Source: Enoplolaimus lenunculus
Lineage: Eukaryota
NCBI GenBank assembly: GCA_030248215.1
Contig: JASANG010002430.1
Location: forward strand, 1 to 64,000
DNA length: 64,000 nucleotides
Direction: 5' to 3'
This document shows positions 62,131-64,000 of this stretch, piece after piece. How positions within the stretch are numbered: position 1 is the stretch's first letter; every line of letters starts with the position of its first letter. Under the pieces are notes generated by a model, which saw nothing but the letters and a program-made list of their open reading frames with translations, did no database searches and was not told the origin of the DNA. The position numbers and the translations under genes are program-made.

Positions 62131-63739
62131 ATGGGACTGATTTGCTCGTGTGGACTTGACAAAAATGAAATCAGCGTTCCGTTTTTGTCAGAAGATGAAA
62201 AATTAGCAATCAAACAATCGTGGTGCGATATGCACAAGCTTAGTCCAGACCTCGATATGATTTTTGTCAAAATGATGGAACATCGAAATCCTTTGGCTCG
62301 ACTAGTGATGGGCGCCGCAAATCAAATGATGTTCGGTCAAGTTGAGGCAAAAATGCGAACACAATTTCGGTCGATTGTCAATTTGTTTCACGGTACTAAT
62401 AGAAGGACAGTGGCTAGGGTGTCCGAGCCTTTCACCGTCGCACCTGCGAGGTGGTTCCACCTCATAAGTGACCACCTGGGGCGTAGGAGTCTTTTCAGTT
62501 AATCCCTCCAGCCCGCGTTTACCCAAAATTGGCTTGATTTTGAAAATTTTTGCATATTTAAGCTTCTCATGACCTCCATGTCTGAATTTGAATTTTGAAA
62601 ATTTCGATTTTTTAAGATCCCAAGGTCCTCCCATGGGACACAAAAAAATTTTTAATTAACCTACCAAAAATTCCAAGTTAGGCGTGGAATGATCCATTCA
62701 AAGTTAGAAGGAGCTCAAACATGCAAAAATCTTAAAATGAAACCATTTTTGGGCAAACGCGGGCTGGGGAAACGGAAAAGACCCTGACGCAGTAGCATAG
62801 CTAAAAATGGGGGCTGGGAACATGCGCGTGAGCACAAGCATGATAAATTGCACGCAAAAAAGAGTTAAATTTCCATAGTTTCAGTATTCGATGGTTATTA
62901 AAACCCAATCGCTGTGTAGCTCGTAGTCACAAACGGGAAAGAAACTTTGGCTCCCCTTTTGACTAAAATTAAATGCCTGACTGTTTAATGTTTTAATTTA
63001 ATTTTTCTATGCAGTTGTTTTGGGCGTAACTTTCTGTTGAGATGGTTACGGGCTTAAAGCGTTCTTCTTTACAGTTAACAGGTGATCCACACTGGGTTGC
63101 ATACTCTGGTCTAAGATTTTTGACTGAAATTAAACGTGATTTTGAGTGTTAGGGCAAAACATTCTGTAGCAATGTAGGGGAAAATTGAGAATGTATAGAA
63201 CAGGGCCTGTAACACTAGTATACGGATTCTCTTTAGCCTAAGCCTAAGTCAAAGCCTAGTCATAACTATAAGCGTACACATATTAAAGCCTATGCCTAAA
63301 AAAATTAGTCTAAAGCGTATGCTTACTCTATTGCAGTCCCGCAGAAATCATTCCACCCCTGATTTTTTCATTGTACGTTTACATTAGTGAATGATGTAAG
63401 TAGGTAAATTTTTGCCAAAATATATTATATACGCAAATGATTTCAGTGCTCATTATGACGTACAATTTGGACGATTCCGAGGTAACCGTATCGTGTGAAC
63501 TTTTCGGCCAAGACGACGCTGAAGAAGAAATTCGAAACGGTGGCGATCGATGTCAAATTCAAGAAGTTTCGCTTTTTTTACAAATGATCGTTGCGCATTT
63601 AATTGAATCTCAACACCAAGAAGTATCACTGATTAACGCGTGGAAAAAACTCGGCACAAATATTATTCGCTCGATGAAAGATGGGGCGTACTGGGCTGAA
63701 GAACGATGGGGCGTTCATTTAAATAATCATCTAGACTGA
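62131..63739 (+). CDS. Divergent globin-fold protein, 184 aa, with an N-terminal acylation-like signal (exons 62131-62392 and 63447-63739)
   Basis: MGLICSC N-terminus; A-helix LSEDEKLAIKQSW; B/C IFVKMM..NP; EF-corner NLDD; H-helix AWKKL..II..MKDG; phase-1 intron G/GTACTA...TTTCAG joins the two ORFs in frame. Confidence 0.8.
62481..62790. mobile_element. MITE in the globin intron
   Basis: Imperfect inverted repeats centred on CCAGCCCGCGTTT(A/G)CCCAAAA, extending ~60 bp. Confidence 0.75.
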
Positions 63740-64000
63740 GGGAATATATAATGTATGCTGGACTGTGGTATATTTTGTTACATGCCCCGTGTTGAAGCGT
63801 TACGTATGGCCGAGTGGTATGCTCGATTGGAATTGGTGCCAAATTCATCGGGGTTCCAATCCTAGTTGCAATATAGTTTTGTGAACACTTGATTGCTTTA
63901 TACAGAAATTTTATGTTGTGTTGATATGTGAATGCTTTTGCGGGTCTTATTTGCATCGGTTTATGAGTATTTAAATATGCAAGAATCCATGGCTAGTGTT

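Overview
AT-rich animal (invertebrate) genomic DNA with short GT-AG introns and a dense load of small non-autonomous transposons. TTAGGC-rich repeats and short TTTCAG/TTTTAG-type acceptors would fit a nematode, but the taxon is not proven. Recognisable genes: (1) a SETD8/PR-Set7-like H4K20 methyltransferase on the minus strand (10903-11464), split by a 1-nt frameshift at an A-AAA-AAG run; (2) a multi-exon Bora (aurora borealis) gene on the plus strand, nine exons assembled by hand (21947-33356), whose 5' end is lost in a tandem duplication; (3) a two-exon, probably N-acylated globin-fold gene (62131-63739) that appears to lack both the proximal His F8 and Phe CD1. A Bora intron holds a dead APE-type non-LTR retrotransposon (25794-31097, minus, 14-bp TSD, (CAA)n tail). 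It begins exactly at an HDV-like ribozyme fold, encodes an N-terminal 2A-like peptide, and is itself interrupted by a 2.35-kb TGT...ACA insert with a 4-bp TSD. A near-perfect 89-bp x 34 satellite (51579-54633) appears to have grown out of one end of a MITE. All homology calls are motif recognition by eye; no database searches were run.
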